Shown: positions 14,501-28,375 of the stretch, piece by piece
How positions within the stretch are numbered: position 1 is the first letter of the stretch
How the letters are laid out: each line of letters opens with the position of its first letter
Assembly: GCA_965637545.1 (NCBI GenBank)
Contig: OZ281495.1
Span: 20,026,001-20,090,000, forward strand
From: Phallusia mammillata
Taxonomy: Eukaryota
Direction of reading: 5' to 3'
DNA length: 64,000 nucleotides
The notes under the pieces: generated by a model
Seen by the model: the letters and a program-made list of their open reading frames with translations, nothing else
Told to the model about the DNA's origin: nothing
The model's database searches: none
Program-made: the position numbers and the translations under genes

Positions 14501-17311
14501 TATTTTGCACAACAAAACCTTGTCATTTTCCCTTGTACACCTGGTCCAGGGTGTATATATGATTAGTACTACTTGTATCCATATTGTTAGTTGTGATCAA
14601 ATGAAGAAGCGTTGACGCGCAAACTTATTACTGAATTTGAGTTAATTTGCAATTGAAGTTAAAGTCTTGGCGATCCCCACAAAAATTCTTAGTACATGAA
14701 TACCTTGGGTAGGAATCAGCAAATGCTTTTGTTTTTGTGGGGTGGAGGGCCACTTAAAAGTTGCACGCATGTCGGATGCGGTCCGCGGGCGCATGCGGCA
14801 TTTCAGGACACTAAGTGCGGCCTTCGATGTCAAAATACATTTTAGGCCTAGGCGCCGACTTTAAATTTTTCCCGGGTATGCCATATATTTGACGTCACAA
14901 AATGACGTCATGAAATACCAAATTCATTTCCTGTCGCTGCATATGATGAGACTACGTTAAAGCTCGCAGTACACACCTTATAGTTCCGCTGCCAGGCCCT
15001 TCTGCTAGTGTTGCAATTCGACGCATGTTTGTGCGCGGTAACGCGGTAACATTACAAAAAAATAGGACCCACTTGCCGAAATTACGGGGAGGCGGAACAA
15101 TAAAGATAAAAAATAGTTTGGGTCGGAGGTCACCTTACGTCTCAAATTACATACTTCGCTGTGCGTTACAAATTACTTTAATGTTTAACATTTATTTTCT
15201 CTGTAATAACTATTACAAAAATACTTCACGCAACAAAGCGCACACACTTCCGCTGGACTAGCCATTACAAAAATCGTTTTGTATGTTATAAAGTCGTTTG
15301 TTTCGTTTACAATGTGTTCCCTATTTAACGCAGTGAATCATATGTGACGCATTATTAACTTTAAAGTTTAGTGTACTTCAAACGATGTTCTAAACTGCCA
15401 GTAACTTTCGATAAGCTAACACGTTAATATGAATTTGTAACGTAACAATAAGCGTTGTTGTTTTTTCGGTTGAAACTAGACAGTCGTCATTCTTGCGTTA
15501 ATGACAGTTAGAACAAAGATTGGACTGTATTCTCAAAATTTAGCACAAACGATAAAATTGTATCACGTAGTTGTTAACGTTCCCCCTTCTCCCCTAAGCG
15601 AACGCCAACACCCCGTTTTATTTTTTTACCACCCTTCAATGTTCAAATTCCAATGCTTTTTAAAGACGTTACAATTGTAATGAATGCGAATAATTCATGG
15701 TTGTGAAACAGTAACCACATATTGGTTCGTATCAGAATAATTTCCACAGCATATAACGCATGACTAACGTTGGTCCGATTCTTGGGTATGCGGCATACCC
15801 GAGGTTTTCGTTCGGGTATGCCTGGCATACCCGGCATACCCGTGTTCGGCGCCTATGATTTTAGGATGTTGATATTAGAAATTGCACCAAGCGATAAAAA
15901 TAGACAGAAACGTATTTCTTTATCTTTAATCCCCATTACTATTTGATCAGTTCTAGGGCAGCGGTTTTCAAACTAGAGCCAAATGGTCCCGTAGTTGTAC
16001 ACATAGCGGTTTCCACAGGACTACGAAGGTTCTACAATCTTAATTGTGTTGCAAAAGAACAATTGTTTGCGCATAATCGAATATCTTAAACTCGTCTGTG
16101 ATGTCACAAGTTGCTCTTAAATTATTGATATTTGTAAACAAACGAGTTTCTAAGTTCCTTAATCCTGAATGTTGTAGTTAAGGTGGAAATGTAATACGGA
16201 TCTTTATTTAGCTTGGACCGTAAGTCCTACAACTCTACGAGGGAATAGCAAAACGACCATTCTGTAAAGTCAAAAAGTTTGAACACCACTGTCTTTCGCC
16301 TGGGAAATAGTCTATGCGGCCTAAACGAGTGTCGATAAACCGTTTTGTGGCCTTTATAAACAAAAAGGTTCCCCACCCCTGGTCTAGACTCTTTAGACGC
16401 TTATTAACGGAAGTGAAGGAAATCGAAAATGATCTTACCACTTGTGACGCTGGAGCACGTTCTGCTTCTAGTTCCTTCTCCCAGACACCGTCCATTTGCG
16501 CTGACGTGCTTCTTGGTTAAACATTTTCTTCTGCGTGTCTGGAGACCTCCCCATTCGGTTGCCAAACATTTTGTCCACGAACTCCATGCGCCCCAGGTGA
16601 CTGAAATTGTTTTTCTTTGAGTTACTTTTTTAGGCTTACTATGCTAACCACACAGGATATGACGATGTAAACCATCCTAAATTTCGATCGTAAACTATGC
16701 CAAAGAAAAAAACATTTGACATTTTTGATGCATTTAAAATTTGACATAATATTTGTGTGACCCCAAGTATACAAACTGTGACTGCAGCGAGCAGTCACAG
16801 TTTTATTAAGCTAAAACATTTACCTAGATTGCAACTTTTTTTGTCTTCATCCAAAACGTAACCTCTGCGACATGTGCACTGACAACAATGATCCGAAAAT
16901 GCAAGCTTATGTTGTTCGCAGCTGACCCAGCAATGTTTCCGATCTGTAAAATATTTTGTCAGAGACTTAGATCTGTGAAACACAGCATTCTTGTAATAAA
17001 TCTTGGGGGATAAACTTACTTTGTTTTGAGTTGCAATTTACGCCCTTGGTGATTGAAAGAAGCGAATGTTTCAAGACGGTGGCTTGGTCCGGCTCAATGG
17101 CGCTGATCTGAAGGTTATCTAAAAGTTCAATAACAATCGTAGCCTGGGTGTTTAACGCACGACTAATATTGAGTTATTTAAAGTATGTTGACGTTTTATA
17201 CCAACCTTCATCTTGATCGCTTTCGAAATTGTCTGCTTCGAAAAACAGAAAATTCTCTGCACAGCATAGGTAAATTAGGCAGACAATTATCACATTTCTA
17301 AAGATTTTCAT
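11534..17311 (-). CDS. Secreted type-3 copper phenoloxidase/tyrosinase with EGF-like and TSP1 domains (tuphoxin-like), ~547 aa
   Basis: Ten phase-compatible exons: 17311-17206, 17118-17020, 16943-16824, 16600-16439, 14411-14305, 14248-14107, 14000-13802, 13649-13517, 12701-12507 and 11914-11534. They encode a signal peptide (MKIFRNVIIVCLIYLCCA), an EGF-like module (CQCTCRRGYVLDEDKKSC), a TSP1 repeat (WGAWSSWTKC...QTRRRKC), CuA (WHGWP, CSFH, FPAWHRL), PYWDW, ENPF, CuB (FEITPHNVVH, DPAFMIHHSQVDRIY) and the GYKYD motif. Confidence 0.9.
12205..12485. mobile_element. hAT MITE in the last intron of the phenoloxidase gene
   Basis: Ends CAGGGGTGTCCAAAGTGCGGCCCGCG / AATTGGCACCCCTG with an exact 8-bp TSD GCTTAGGC. 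Confidence 0.9.
14847..15857. mobile_element. ~1-kb non-autonomous hAT-like element in phenoloxidase intron 4
   Basis: TIRs CCTAGGCGCCGAC / GTTCGGCGCCTATG, an exact 8-bp TSD ATTTTAGG and GGGTATGCC/GGCATACCC subterminal repeats. Confidence 0.8.
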
Positions 17312-19463
17312 TTTTCTCTTGTCCGGCGTCAAAATTTCAAACTGATTCTGAAATGCAAATAAATATATTTGCTCATTATCTAAGGATTATAAAGGCCTTC
17401 TTGGCCGTCATGGCATGAGTTTCACTAAGCCAACTTGACGCGTGCTGTGACTTGCAGTTTTTTTTCAAAGTCTATTTCGTTTTCGCAGAAGTTTAACAAA
17501 TAACCAACGTCGCAATGATATTCGTCCTTGTCGGGCTTTTGTAACGCTTTTTTACTTTTTGTTGAGAAATAAAATACTGCAATATTCATCGCAGCGACGT
17601 TATATCAAGCATTTTGTGCAGTTTCATGAAAAGTAATGAATACAACACAAACGAATGCCCACAATGTATGTAACACTTTTTCACAGCTACACGGGCGTCT
17701 ATTTTCATCTTCCGTTTTCAACCAATCTTTTTAAATATACATTATATAGCTGACGTCAGTCGATAACGTTTCGCGAAACAAATGCGCCCTGGTCTCGTTT
17801 GATGGCGATGAACCTGAACGTGATTTCAAAGACTACACTATGGACGGTCAATAACACATAACACGTTTTTAAAGTTTAAATTGTTTTGGCACTGTGACGC
17901 AAGACATGCCGCTCACGCGAGAATCTTAGCATAAATTTTTTAATACAATTGTACATCTGAACTTTATTGGTAAATTATTTCCAATTCCTATCCATGGTTT
18001 TGGGCAGGCAGGTGCAAAGTAGAGAATAGTACCGCTTAGCCCAGTGGTTCTCAAACAATGGGTAATAAAAACGGTGTGCTCTAAAGCTATTTCGATTCAT
18101 AATATTATATTAAAACATAAGTTATCATTAGTCTGTGGCCGTACAATTAGAAAGTTCTTTTAAAAGTTTGGTGCATTTAATAAGCCACAAACCGATTTTT
18201 TGGAACATATAATTAAAATGTTGGGAAAACACGGGCTTTGTTCTAAATTTAAAGTGAACTTTCAGCATGTTGCAAACTACGAAAATATAATCACATAAAA
18301 CTTTTGCGAGTGTCTAATTTAGTTTTGGCCTGATCCTACTTTTTTGTAACTTGTATGCTAAAAATCGGTTCTGATCAAACTACGTACAGTATTTAGATTG
18401 GTTTCACGTAAATTCACATTAACCATATTCACATAAACGATAAGTGACAAATAATTGCGTCATTAAAATATGGCTAAACTGCGTCACAGGCAATGCGAAA
18501 CTATTAACTCATGTTTAACTCAAAGACAGCTGTTCTGTTGTCACCGCACGCCCGCCGTTTAAATGGATGCAAATTATAGTCTGGTTCCAACTCCCATTTG
18601 GATTAGTAACAACACAAAACTGGAAGTTATCCAAAATTAAACAAATTGGGAAGTGTTCCAAAAATGAAATACATGTTTTTACCATAACAGTAGTTGGGTA
18701 TCTTTTTCAGATGTTTGTATTTTTAGAGTTGTTTTTCACATTTTCATGCAAAACGTTTTGTTTGGTCGACTATATATTCTCAAAGCATAATAAAGCGTTT
18801 TGGAAATATGGCCAAATTGCCTAATAAAATATGATGGTGTAAAATAGGCACATGCAGATAACCCTCTCAAGTTTTTTTTTTATAATTAAACTTATCCTAC
18901 TTTTAACCTACATCGTGTATCTTAAAAGCGTGCTGACGTCCGATGTTTTCTGATTTTCGAATTAATTCTTTTCTGAAAATGTGACAACCAATGTTCAATA
19001 GAAAGCGATCAATATTTTTTACAACTGTACATTAAATGCAAATAGCGGTATATAGACAGCAGCGATGAAATAATGTTTGCAATGTAAAACGCGGGTTGGG
19101 TGCCAGTTTGGTTGCATTTATCTATTTGTCGAAACAACGACAAGACACTTGCTTTCGAAATGTTACATCAAAAGTAGTCAAAAGAGTGTAAAAACACAGA
19201 AACGACAGTTTTCACAACAAGCGAAGAAGTTCTGTAACAAATAGACTATCAAACTTGTCAAACCCGCAAATGGTAATGAGACAAACAAATTTCACCAAGA
19301 ACTTAACAAGCCATCTAATAGATTGGGTAGTTTCCGCCGTAGTGCTGACGCAGCGCAACCATTACTCAGATGATGTGGTGGTGCTGCCAGTCCCACGTTT
19401 TATATTCTTTTATCATGCCAGCATTTATGGATGTAAATGTTTTTACTCATAGCGAAATTCGCT

Positions 19464-22400
19464 CTATTTGGTTTCGACTGGTTCTTCTATGACTTTTTCG
19501 AGGGTATCTCCTTTCCCAGAGTCTTTATCAGTTGGTTGTTGGCTTTTTTCTTTCGGGGTTTCTCCGTTTTCATCACTGCCTTCCTTAACTTCATTTTCGT
19601 CGTCACAGCTGCAAATAGATCGCCAATTATTACCAACTTTGTACACAGTTCTTGCTTTTTCAAACTTTAAGGCAGACTATATGTGGTTAACTAATACAAA
19701 ATATGTGTTTTTGTTGATTTAGAACTTTTTTGCAGACACTGCACACCGTTTCGACCCCTAAGGTATCGTCAGTGCAGCTCAGTCTGCAGCTAATGGCTTG
19801 ATTCTTCTACATAAAACTTTTCGTGATACAATATGGTATTATTCTTCGAAAAGCCTGTTACTTTACTAAAAAAAATCTGCTAGAAGAGTAACAACTGTTC
19901 ATAAAATAAATACACAGGTCATAAAACTTATACGCTTCGTCAACACAAATGATGGAGTCTGTTTATGTTCGGTTAAAAACTTACGATTCTTCTTTAAGTT
20001 CTTGCTTGTTTCCACGACAACATTGAGTTGGCAACGAGATCTTCAACTTCTTTTTGCTTGTTTTGGGTTCAGCAGCTCCATCAACCTCTTCCTGTGCTTT
20101 GTCATCAGTTCCGTCTGTATAACAACAGAAATATGTTAACATTTTAAACAAGTGCAAAAACAATGGAAAGTTATCAATAACTTACCTTCCGATTTGCTAT
20201 CGTTTTCAGCAGCTGGTTTTTCCTCAGCTTCTGTTAATTTCTGTTTTTCCTCAGAAGTCCCTTCTTCTTTTACTTCTTTCACTTGGTCGCCTTCTACCTC
20301 TTCCCTGTAATGGAATTAGGATTAAAAACAATCCCGATGAAAATGTGTAACAGTGCTATTGCAGAAATGTATTGTAGCTTTTTAAATTTTGTTTGAGAAA
20401 CGTTGGCCTGCTGGTGCCGCAATGTTTAATCAACAAACATACCACATATTTTCAGTTAAAGAATTTTTAACCGTTGAACATTGTCTAGGATACAAAGTTT
20501 ATAACCTCTTCAAATTGACATGATTTGCTTACTGGATTTCGTCTTTGGTAGTTTTGTTTCCACAAGGGGTCGCAGCGAAACATCCGGGAGCGCAAATCAC
20601 GCAACCAGATTCTGTGTCACTCGGTTTCGTAACATCTACATCCTTTTGTTGGCGTCGGGTCAAAGAAAAGAAAACGATAAAGAAAACGATCGCAAGCAAA
20701 ACTAGAACCGCCATAACAACTCCAACAACCAATGCTGTGTTTGCTTCGGCTACAGCTGCATTTATGAAAAAGGTATATCTGTTAGTACACATGCTTTTAT
20801 TGACAAAATTGTATTTCATAGTTACATATTTTTTTTCTAAACCTCAGAGAAAAATATTTTATTGAGTAGACCAAACGTAAAGAATAAAAGGCAAAACGCC
20901 TTTTAGCTTTTGAAATGGATTCATTCTGTGGTTAATACTTACGATATCGAATGTAAAATTTTCTTTCCTCCTTTCCGAGTTTGTTTTCGGCCGTACACTC
21001 AGCACTTGTTGGCTTTTTGTCTAATCCGCTAGAAGTTATGTTGACAACTGATCGAACAATGCCTCCCAACATCTCCTCAACCACTTCGAAATCACTTTCA
21101 TTCAAACCCTCAATTGACCAGCGAATGTCTAGACACAAAGGCAAACAAATAAAGATTGTCAAACCAAAAATTTTTGCGAAATATTTTTACTTACTGGGTT
21201 TGGGTTTCGCTTCGGCTTCGCAGGAAATCTCAATGTTCGACATAGTTGGGTTCACCAGAATTTCTTCGCTCTTATTTTGAAATTCAAGTGGAACTTCCAT
21301 CTCTGGTGGACCTGCTCACAACAATAGAATTAGTGCTAAAAATATTTTTAAACAGTGAAACCAAAATGTAAGTATTTAAAAAAGTAGGAAATTGAAAAAC
21401 ATGTAGGTGGTTGTGATATATATATATATATACATCATTTACATGAAGAACAATATGTCAGCCGACGCATACAGTATTGGGAGGTAAACGAAAACTGATT
21501 AAACGCCGTGTACGCGTTTGAGGTGACGTAATACAACATCCTATTCCCACACAAGTGGAACATTTAAAGAAAAAACAGGCGACTTTAAATATCTGCTTGA
21601 CGCTGAACTTGAGTGCTTTAAAAAGCTTGTTGTCAATACAGATGTTCAAAACCACTTGAATATTTCACGATCACGGGAACGTTAGAGATAAGTGGAGTAT
21701 TTAAAATTTTGTTTTTAAGTTGTTCCAACTGGGATCGTATACTACTCTTTTTTCTACGTATTATTTAACGGTCTTTTGAAATAATAATCGTTGGTTAAAT
21801 ACCTTGTACTGAAATGCTAAACATTCTGCTAATTTTTCCGGCATTGTTTGTTCCTCGGCAAGTGTAAGTTGCAGCATCATCAAAAGATTCGATAGAAACG
21901 CTGAGGACGACAATTCCAGTGTCTGTTACAATCTGAAAAATGCATAAATTTCAGTTAAGTTCCATTTATATTTCATTTGGACAACATAGTGTCTGTTTGT
22001 TGGTCTTGCTATCCTTGTCAGACAGAATTCTAAAGGGTGTTTTTGGTCCACAAGTTCGCTTTTTGTGTAAATTGACGATTTTTCGTTATGTTACGAAATA
22101 GTCAAACCAATATAAACGAACATCATTTGCAATATTTTTTTACCTTCTTTCCGTTGCGATACCATGAAACAGTGGGCGTAGGTACACCAGCGATGTTGCA
22201 TTTAAACTGCGACTGAGCACCTATTTCCATGGTAACCACTGCGTTATCGTTCGGTGTGGGAAACTCCACAACATTGGGCGAGGCTGTAAAGCAAAAAAAC
22301 GCTTAGTCGTGTAGTTGAACTTTCGGTCACTCAATCAAGCCATGAAACAATTCAAGCTACTTGCAGCACAACAAGAGCTATTAACGTTGCGCATAATTTA

Positions 22401-25241
22401 AGCGTTTGTTTCTCGACGGGCGCCCTGCGGTTTTGTCATTTAAGTCCGCGAGCGGTTGATTGAACTTTCACCACTGACCCAAATTCTCTGCATGGGGCCT
22501 TTTGTCTTTTCCCACGCATTGATGTTCACGGCCAATTAGGCACACGCGGCAAAGAGGTTAAATGCATATTGTTCCAATTTCAGAACGGGATTACGACTGG
22601 CAAGACAAAAGCGTGCACCTTGATTCTGTTCGCGCTTTCGGATTACGGGAATGCACGCGAACGCAGATGTCACACGTTCGTCCTTATTAAAACGGAATTA
22701 GTGATTCAGGTGTTCCAAAAACAACTTATCAAAACACATCTAAATCGATGCGCAAACGGGACAGTCTTTCTATGGCATGGCATGGCAGCTTGGTTTTCAT
22801 TAAAAAGTTGGCTAAATAAAGCAAATGTAAGTATATTTAGTTTTCTAGTTCTATGTTTTTATTCACCCAACGGCAAGTCTTGCACGTAGATGAAGAGTTA
22901 ATACTTAATTTAAAACACGACCAGTGTGACGCTATTGTCTGATAATAAATTCGTTTGCTGTCAATCATGCGACATGCAACGTGCGTTCAGTCAGTCATGC
23001 ACACGAACGCTTACTTACCCTGGGGGGTGGTGGTCTGGGGAGTGGTTGTTGTTGCTGTTGTGTGAAGCATGAAAGGACGGTTAGTTTGAAGTGCATATAA
23101 ACGGCAACAAACGCCAGATTATACAGTATAAGTTATTAAAACGTGACACAATGCTCACATTACAGAAATGCCTACCACCGTACAATACACCACACCGCCA
23201 CCTAGCGGTGACAAATGAGCTACAACAAGATCGACAACATCTACATCAACGTTTAGCAGGTGGATATTGTCCTTTAAAGTATAACGCACCTGAAACAGTG
23301 AGAACGACGTCCGTCGGGATTACGTCACCAAAAGCGTCTTCAACTACGCAAGTGAAAGTGCGTCCATTGTTTCTCTCGGGGTCTGGGTGAATAGTTAAAG
23401 GTAAAACGGCGTCGAAGAGGTTGTTGAAAGTTGGGTTTTCAGATTCCACTCGAAAGTTGTCTGGCACCACTTCGTCGTTCATGTCCGTAACCCTGCGTTC
23501 GAATATATGATGCAAACGATGCTATATATGGCAAGTTTGTTATTCCACTTTCAATAAAGCGCTTGAGTAGGTATCAAGTACGAAGGGATGAATTTAAAAT
23601 CAGCTCATAATACAATTTTTTTTCACAAAAAAAACAACCAGTCTTTTCAATCCCAAACATCATGGTTATTGTTTGTTTTTTAAAATCATCAAGTCGTAAA
23701 CAAACCATTTCATGGAAAAAGGTTTGCTTGCACCCGTTGCTTTGCACTCTGCCAGTTTTTTGGTCTGACCGGTTCCGTCATCAAGAACATCAAATGCCTG
23801 TGTTTCCACTTTGGGTGAAGCTGAAAGAAGGATGTATTCGTTAAACACAAATTAAAACAAAAAGAATTGCGGTATTAGGCACAAAGTGAACATTTAACGT
23901 GTGGTTGTGCAATGTAAAAACAGCTAATTGTTTTACCGGTGACATAGCTATGTGTGCATGTGAGCGATGTGCACCCAATCGGATTGCCAATATATTTGTC
24001 GGAGGAGAGCTGCTTTCGGAACCACCGTATCAATTATTTATAACTCATGCGTCTTACTGTGGAATTTTCATTCCATAATACTTAGCTCATGCATTTTGGA
24101 GTATACACTACCTTATGGGGCGGTAGTTTACAAACAAAAATGCTTTTTGTAGTCACCTAGAACACTCAGGGAGTTTTGGGATGTAAAAGGGCCTGAACTT
24201 GATGTAACTGTGCACTTGAACATTCCGTCATCGTCGAAACCAAGGTCGTTCAATGTCAACGTATAGCTAACTTCATCGAATTCTGCCCTAGATCTAAAAA
24301 AATCATTGAGTGTTATTTAATTTTAAATTTGAAATGAACAAGTTAAGTTTAAACATACGCGTAGTCTTCTTGAAAATGTGCTATGTTTGCTCCATATGTA
24401 ACGACCACGGCTCCGTTGTGATTCCACGTCACAGCAAACACTGAAGCAGACTAAAAAATGAACATTATCGTTTCTACATGACTTTCATTCAAGAACGTTG
24501 GAGGTTCTTATTAAATTTTAATGCATAAGGTTGAATGAGATAATTAGGCAGTAACAGTACAAACCTCAGGGATGCTGACATTACATGGAATAGAAGCACT
24601 TGACAAGTAGCTGGCGACCAAGTCGTTTCCCTGGACAAGTGAAACTGTAAAATGAACAAAAGATTCATGGTTTCAAGTTTCAATTCATCAAATTCAGGTT
24701 TTTTTTCGTTGTGTGTTGACAAACGAGCATCGCTTTTTAAATTCCCACAGTCCAAGTGTCGTTATCAAACTGCTATCCCGCCGTGCAGAAAGGTACATTG
24801 CTCAGCGGGAAGCGTCTCGTAGGGAGGACAAAGATTTCATGGGTTATCAATTTTTCATATTGCTACGAAATTAACGTCACGGACAGTGGGACCGACATGT
24901 CCCGAGCAGATCAACGGATCAGGATCATAATGCGCTTATATCAAACACTCTCGTGGAATAAGTACCAAAAATCTGAGCGCAATACACCACGATGAAGTAT
25001 TTTTTAATCTGTAATCGCCTATTATTGCCTGCCTTGGATGTATGGGATCGAGGTATTGCGATATCAAGGGTATTATTAGACCTTTCAGATTTCACACGCC
25101 AGTCGCCACCAATATGTATCTTAGTACGCGAGAAAATTTAGTAATTTAATAGTTTATTTATCTCAGTGTTATTTATTTAAGAAAAAATCACTTACCTGCA
25201 GAAAGTAGAACAATTACAGATGCAATATGAAACGTCGCCAT
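19464..25241 (-). CDS. Single-pass immunoglobulin-superfamily receptor/adhesion molecule (V + C2/CD80-like + two I/C2-like domains; nectin/CADM-like)
   Basis: About 15 spliceable exons. They encode a signal peptide (MATFHIASVIVLLSA), a V-set domain (SIPCNV..VTWNH..DDDGMFKCTV), a C2 domain (AECKA..KW..GRTFTCVV), Ig3 (FKCNIAGVPTPTVSWYRNG..DAATYTCRG), Ig4 (ISCEAEAKPKP.IRW..AECTAENKLG), a TM helix (ALVVGVVMAVLVLLAIVFFIVFFSL) and an acidic tail ending PVETK*. Confidence 0.88.
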
Positions 25242-25689
25242 CTTCACCAATAGTTGTTTTTGTCACGATTGGCAATAAGTTTATACAGTTGTAATATATT
25301 AAATGTATTAATGTACTCAATCTATTTGTTCAGAATCTGCAAGTGCAAAATTATGTTCTTTTTCAAAGAACCTATAAAATGCTTTGGAGCGTGCCGTAAA
25401 CGTTAAGTGCTCAACGCTTAATATGGAATTAACGAACAACAAGCCACTTATTTTATAATGTCATTTCCCGCACCAACCATCATTCTCCACACAAACCTAG
25501 TTAAAAAATTATTTAACAATATGCATAAGGAACACTACTAGTACTTATACGACTGGTGGCTCTTTCCTCTACACTGAAAACTGCTACACTGATGCTGCTT
25601 CGCTCGGTCTCACTCCAATATACGCTTCTCCCATCTCATCGCCGATGCGTATTGTTCTCGACCCATTTGCTCTGGTGGGAAAAAGAAGT

Positions 25690-25880
25690 CAATGCGCGCC
25701 CTTTTAGCTGCGCGTCACGTGACCACCTCCAACCGAAAGCGCGGCGGGCGCTCGTCGTCCCAACCCCTCCCGCTGTTCCCCGTGCGCGAGGCCGAATGGC
25801 GCTTTGATCGCAACTGGGTGAAGTGGGGACGCGACAAACACAGAGCCAGCCAATAAGATTTACAGTGCTAATGAGCGTCG
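25690..25880 (-). promoter_or_regulatory. GC-rich putative promoter of the IgSF gene
   Basis: A locally GC/CpG-rich island (GCGCGTCACGTGACC, GCGCGGCGGGCG, CCAAT) ~450 bp upstream of the ATG in otherwise AT-rich DNA. Confidence 0.4.
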
Positions 25881-28375
25881 CCCGCTCATTCACTCCTTTA
25901 TTCGTATCGTTTTGGCAACAGCAATGAATTGGTTCATTAATTATCGGCCGGTGTGAATGTGTGCCCCTCTTGTTTGCGCAAAGGAATTAACCTTGCTGAT
26001 TGACGCCCTAATCCAACCGGTAAACACATTTTGTCGAAGCAGACGATTTTCAGCTCGTGTTTATTTACACCTCGACCTTGATGTCAACAAAAGTCAAACC
26101 CGTTTTAACCGTGGTCCTAATAACAAGCAGAGATATTGGGCATAAGTATGATCAAAATGTCGCTGTTTTTACAGTAGCGGCTGGTGTTGGAAGTCACCGC
26201 CATACTCAGTATTTTCTCTTTATTTTAAACCTTTTTACCAATACTTTGTTTCAAGCAAAGTCACGAGACATTGTTATCGCAGAAACACTAGAAAACCTAA
26301 AGTATAATGTTTATTGCTGCGAAAGTTTTGAAGCGAAATATTCTGTAGAACAATAAATTTCTACCAAGCCGGAAAAAGCATTACCTCTTTCCGGTACAAA
26401 GTCTAACCCTAGTTGTTTGCAGGTGATGGCAGACCATTAATGCACGTTGACCGGTGTAACATATTCTCTACATGTTGATCTTCCGGATTAAGACTAATTT
26501 CTACAGCAAGCGAAAACTTGAAACTGCTTATTAGACGTCTGCTACATGTATCACAGAGACAGCAAATTGTTTGTGACCCTACTTTACTGACTCCAAGATT
26601 ATCGGATTTGCAATTAACAAGTCAGCGGTTTCATTTTACCGTTTGTTCTTGTTCGCTTATAAGTGCAACACATTTTTTTTTAATTATTCAATTAATGCAT
26701 TTTGAATGTAGTATTTTAATCTATACCGCACAATATAAATAAAAACAATATAACAAATCTGCATACCTATGAGTATAAGCGATATTATATTTTACAAAAT
26801 ATTAGCATTTCAGCGTGACAAAGTTTTAGCAAAGCCACAAATATTGTCAAAAGTATATAAACTTAGAAACACGTCATGACAGTAACGCAATATATTTCCA
26901 AACTAAACCCTTTCACCAAACTTGTCCGAACACGTCTAAGCAAAAAGTGCTGGTTCTCAACCCAAGTCCACCCTGCCAATAAGTGTATTGCGGGGGCACA
27001 CGTCGACACTCGCCGTCTCCATAGTAACCGATTCTTTCAAAAAGCGAGAGCTCTTAAACAAGAGAGTCCTCGAGACACTCGACGGCCACTGTGGCCCTAT
27101 TTTCCAATAGCTCTTTGGGACTGAATCCTTACATCCGACTGGTTTTCCATCACGCATCGGTACACTTGTTGTCTTTCGTCGACAGTTTATCGCAACCACG
27201 ATGCCATCCACAAAAATATCGGCGACTCGAGTAGGCGCAATATATTACAAAACAAAAAGATAATTGTTTGTGCAGATCTCCACAACGGACCCAAACAGCC
27301 TTCCCGATAAATGCTACAGTGTGGTAAAAAGACAATTCACAGTTCAAACATATAGAATTGTAGCCCTTCGGCAGTCAATCAGTTTTTGATGTGTGATTTG
27401 TAATTTGTATTCACAAATTATCAACTATAGCTTTTGTGCAATGACTTACTGCATAAACAGGGAGACGTTTTTGAGAAAATTAACCAATTTGAAGCAAAAA
27501 TCTGTTTTCATACAAGTATTTTTACTTAAAATTTCAAGTTCGACAGGTTTTGATATTGTTTTTGACTCACTAGGTCTTAAACTCTATTGATTTTAAACAA
27601 CCGCATACTATGCAATTAACACGAATATCCAACTGTGGACAACGCATGACCAGATCAGGATTCACTTTCGAACAATAGAAATCAATCATTTTTATGTCAC
27701 AAGGTATGCATGAACTACATTTTTATTGATTTTACTTCAAAAAACTCGACCTGTTTGCCGGCATGTGACCTTTTGTACACAAAGAAGACCGAGACAGCGA
27801 AAATCTTTTGTCCAAAGCTAGGTTTTATAATTCCTTCACATACACATTCTTTGCCGCCTTCGGAATAAATCTTTACACTTATAATACGATTAACGTCTGA
27901 TTTTATTAAACAATGCTGGGAACATTGTGAACATTCATCACATTTTGGAAAATAAAACTAGATTTAAATTTCCGTTGGCATGTTTCTACATCAAGTAAAT
28001 TGCTCAACTATTGCCGTACAATTTACTGTATATTTCCAGGCACAAATAGTTCAGAAAGTTTGCCCATGCAAAATTACTATCATTCGGTATAATCCATTTG
28101 AACCCGCACGCCCCACACTGTACAAGTTCGCACATGACTTCAAACTGATCCGATCGAAATATATGGGTATAAATACAAATCTCATCATCAACGCTGTTAC
28201 GCAGTGGATGTATGAATCACCGCCGTCAAAGTGCTAAAATTTTACAGAATGTATGCGATATACGCTTGCAGATTTTGCTGTGAATGATTTAATGGTTTTA
28301 AGCTGCACCATAGCGAAATGACACCGTACAACGACAGGTGGTGTATACCGTTATTAACCAATTTTTTTTGTTTTT

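Noticed and set aside
25950-27350. Short ORFs and splice-like signals (26057-26356 +, 26957-27211 -, 27150-27347 -)
   Set aside because: No recognisable domain and no consistent exon chain could be built. The region may be non-coding or lncRNA.
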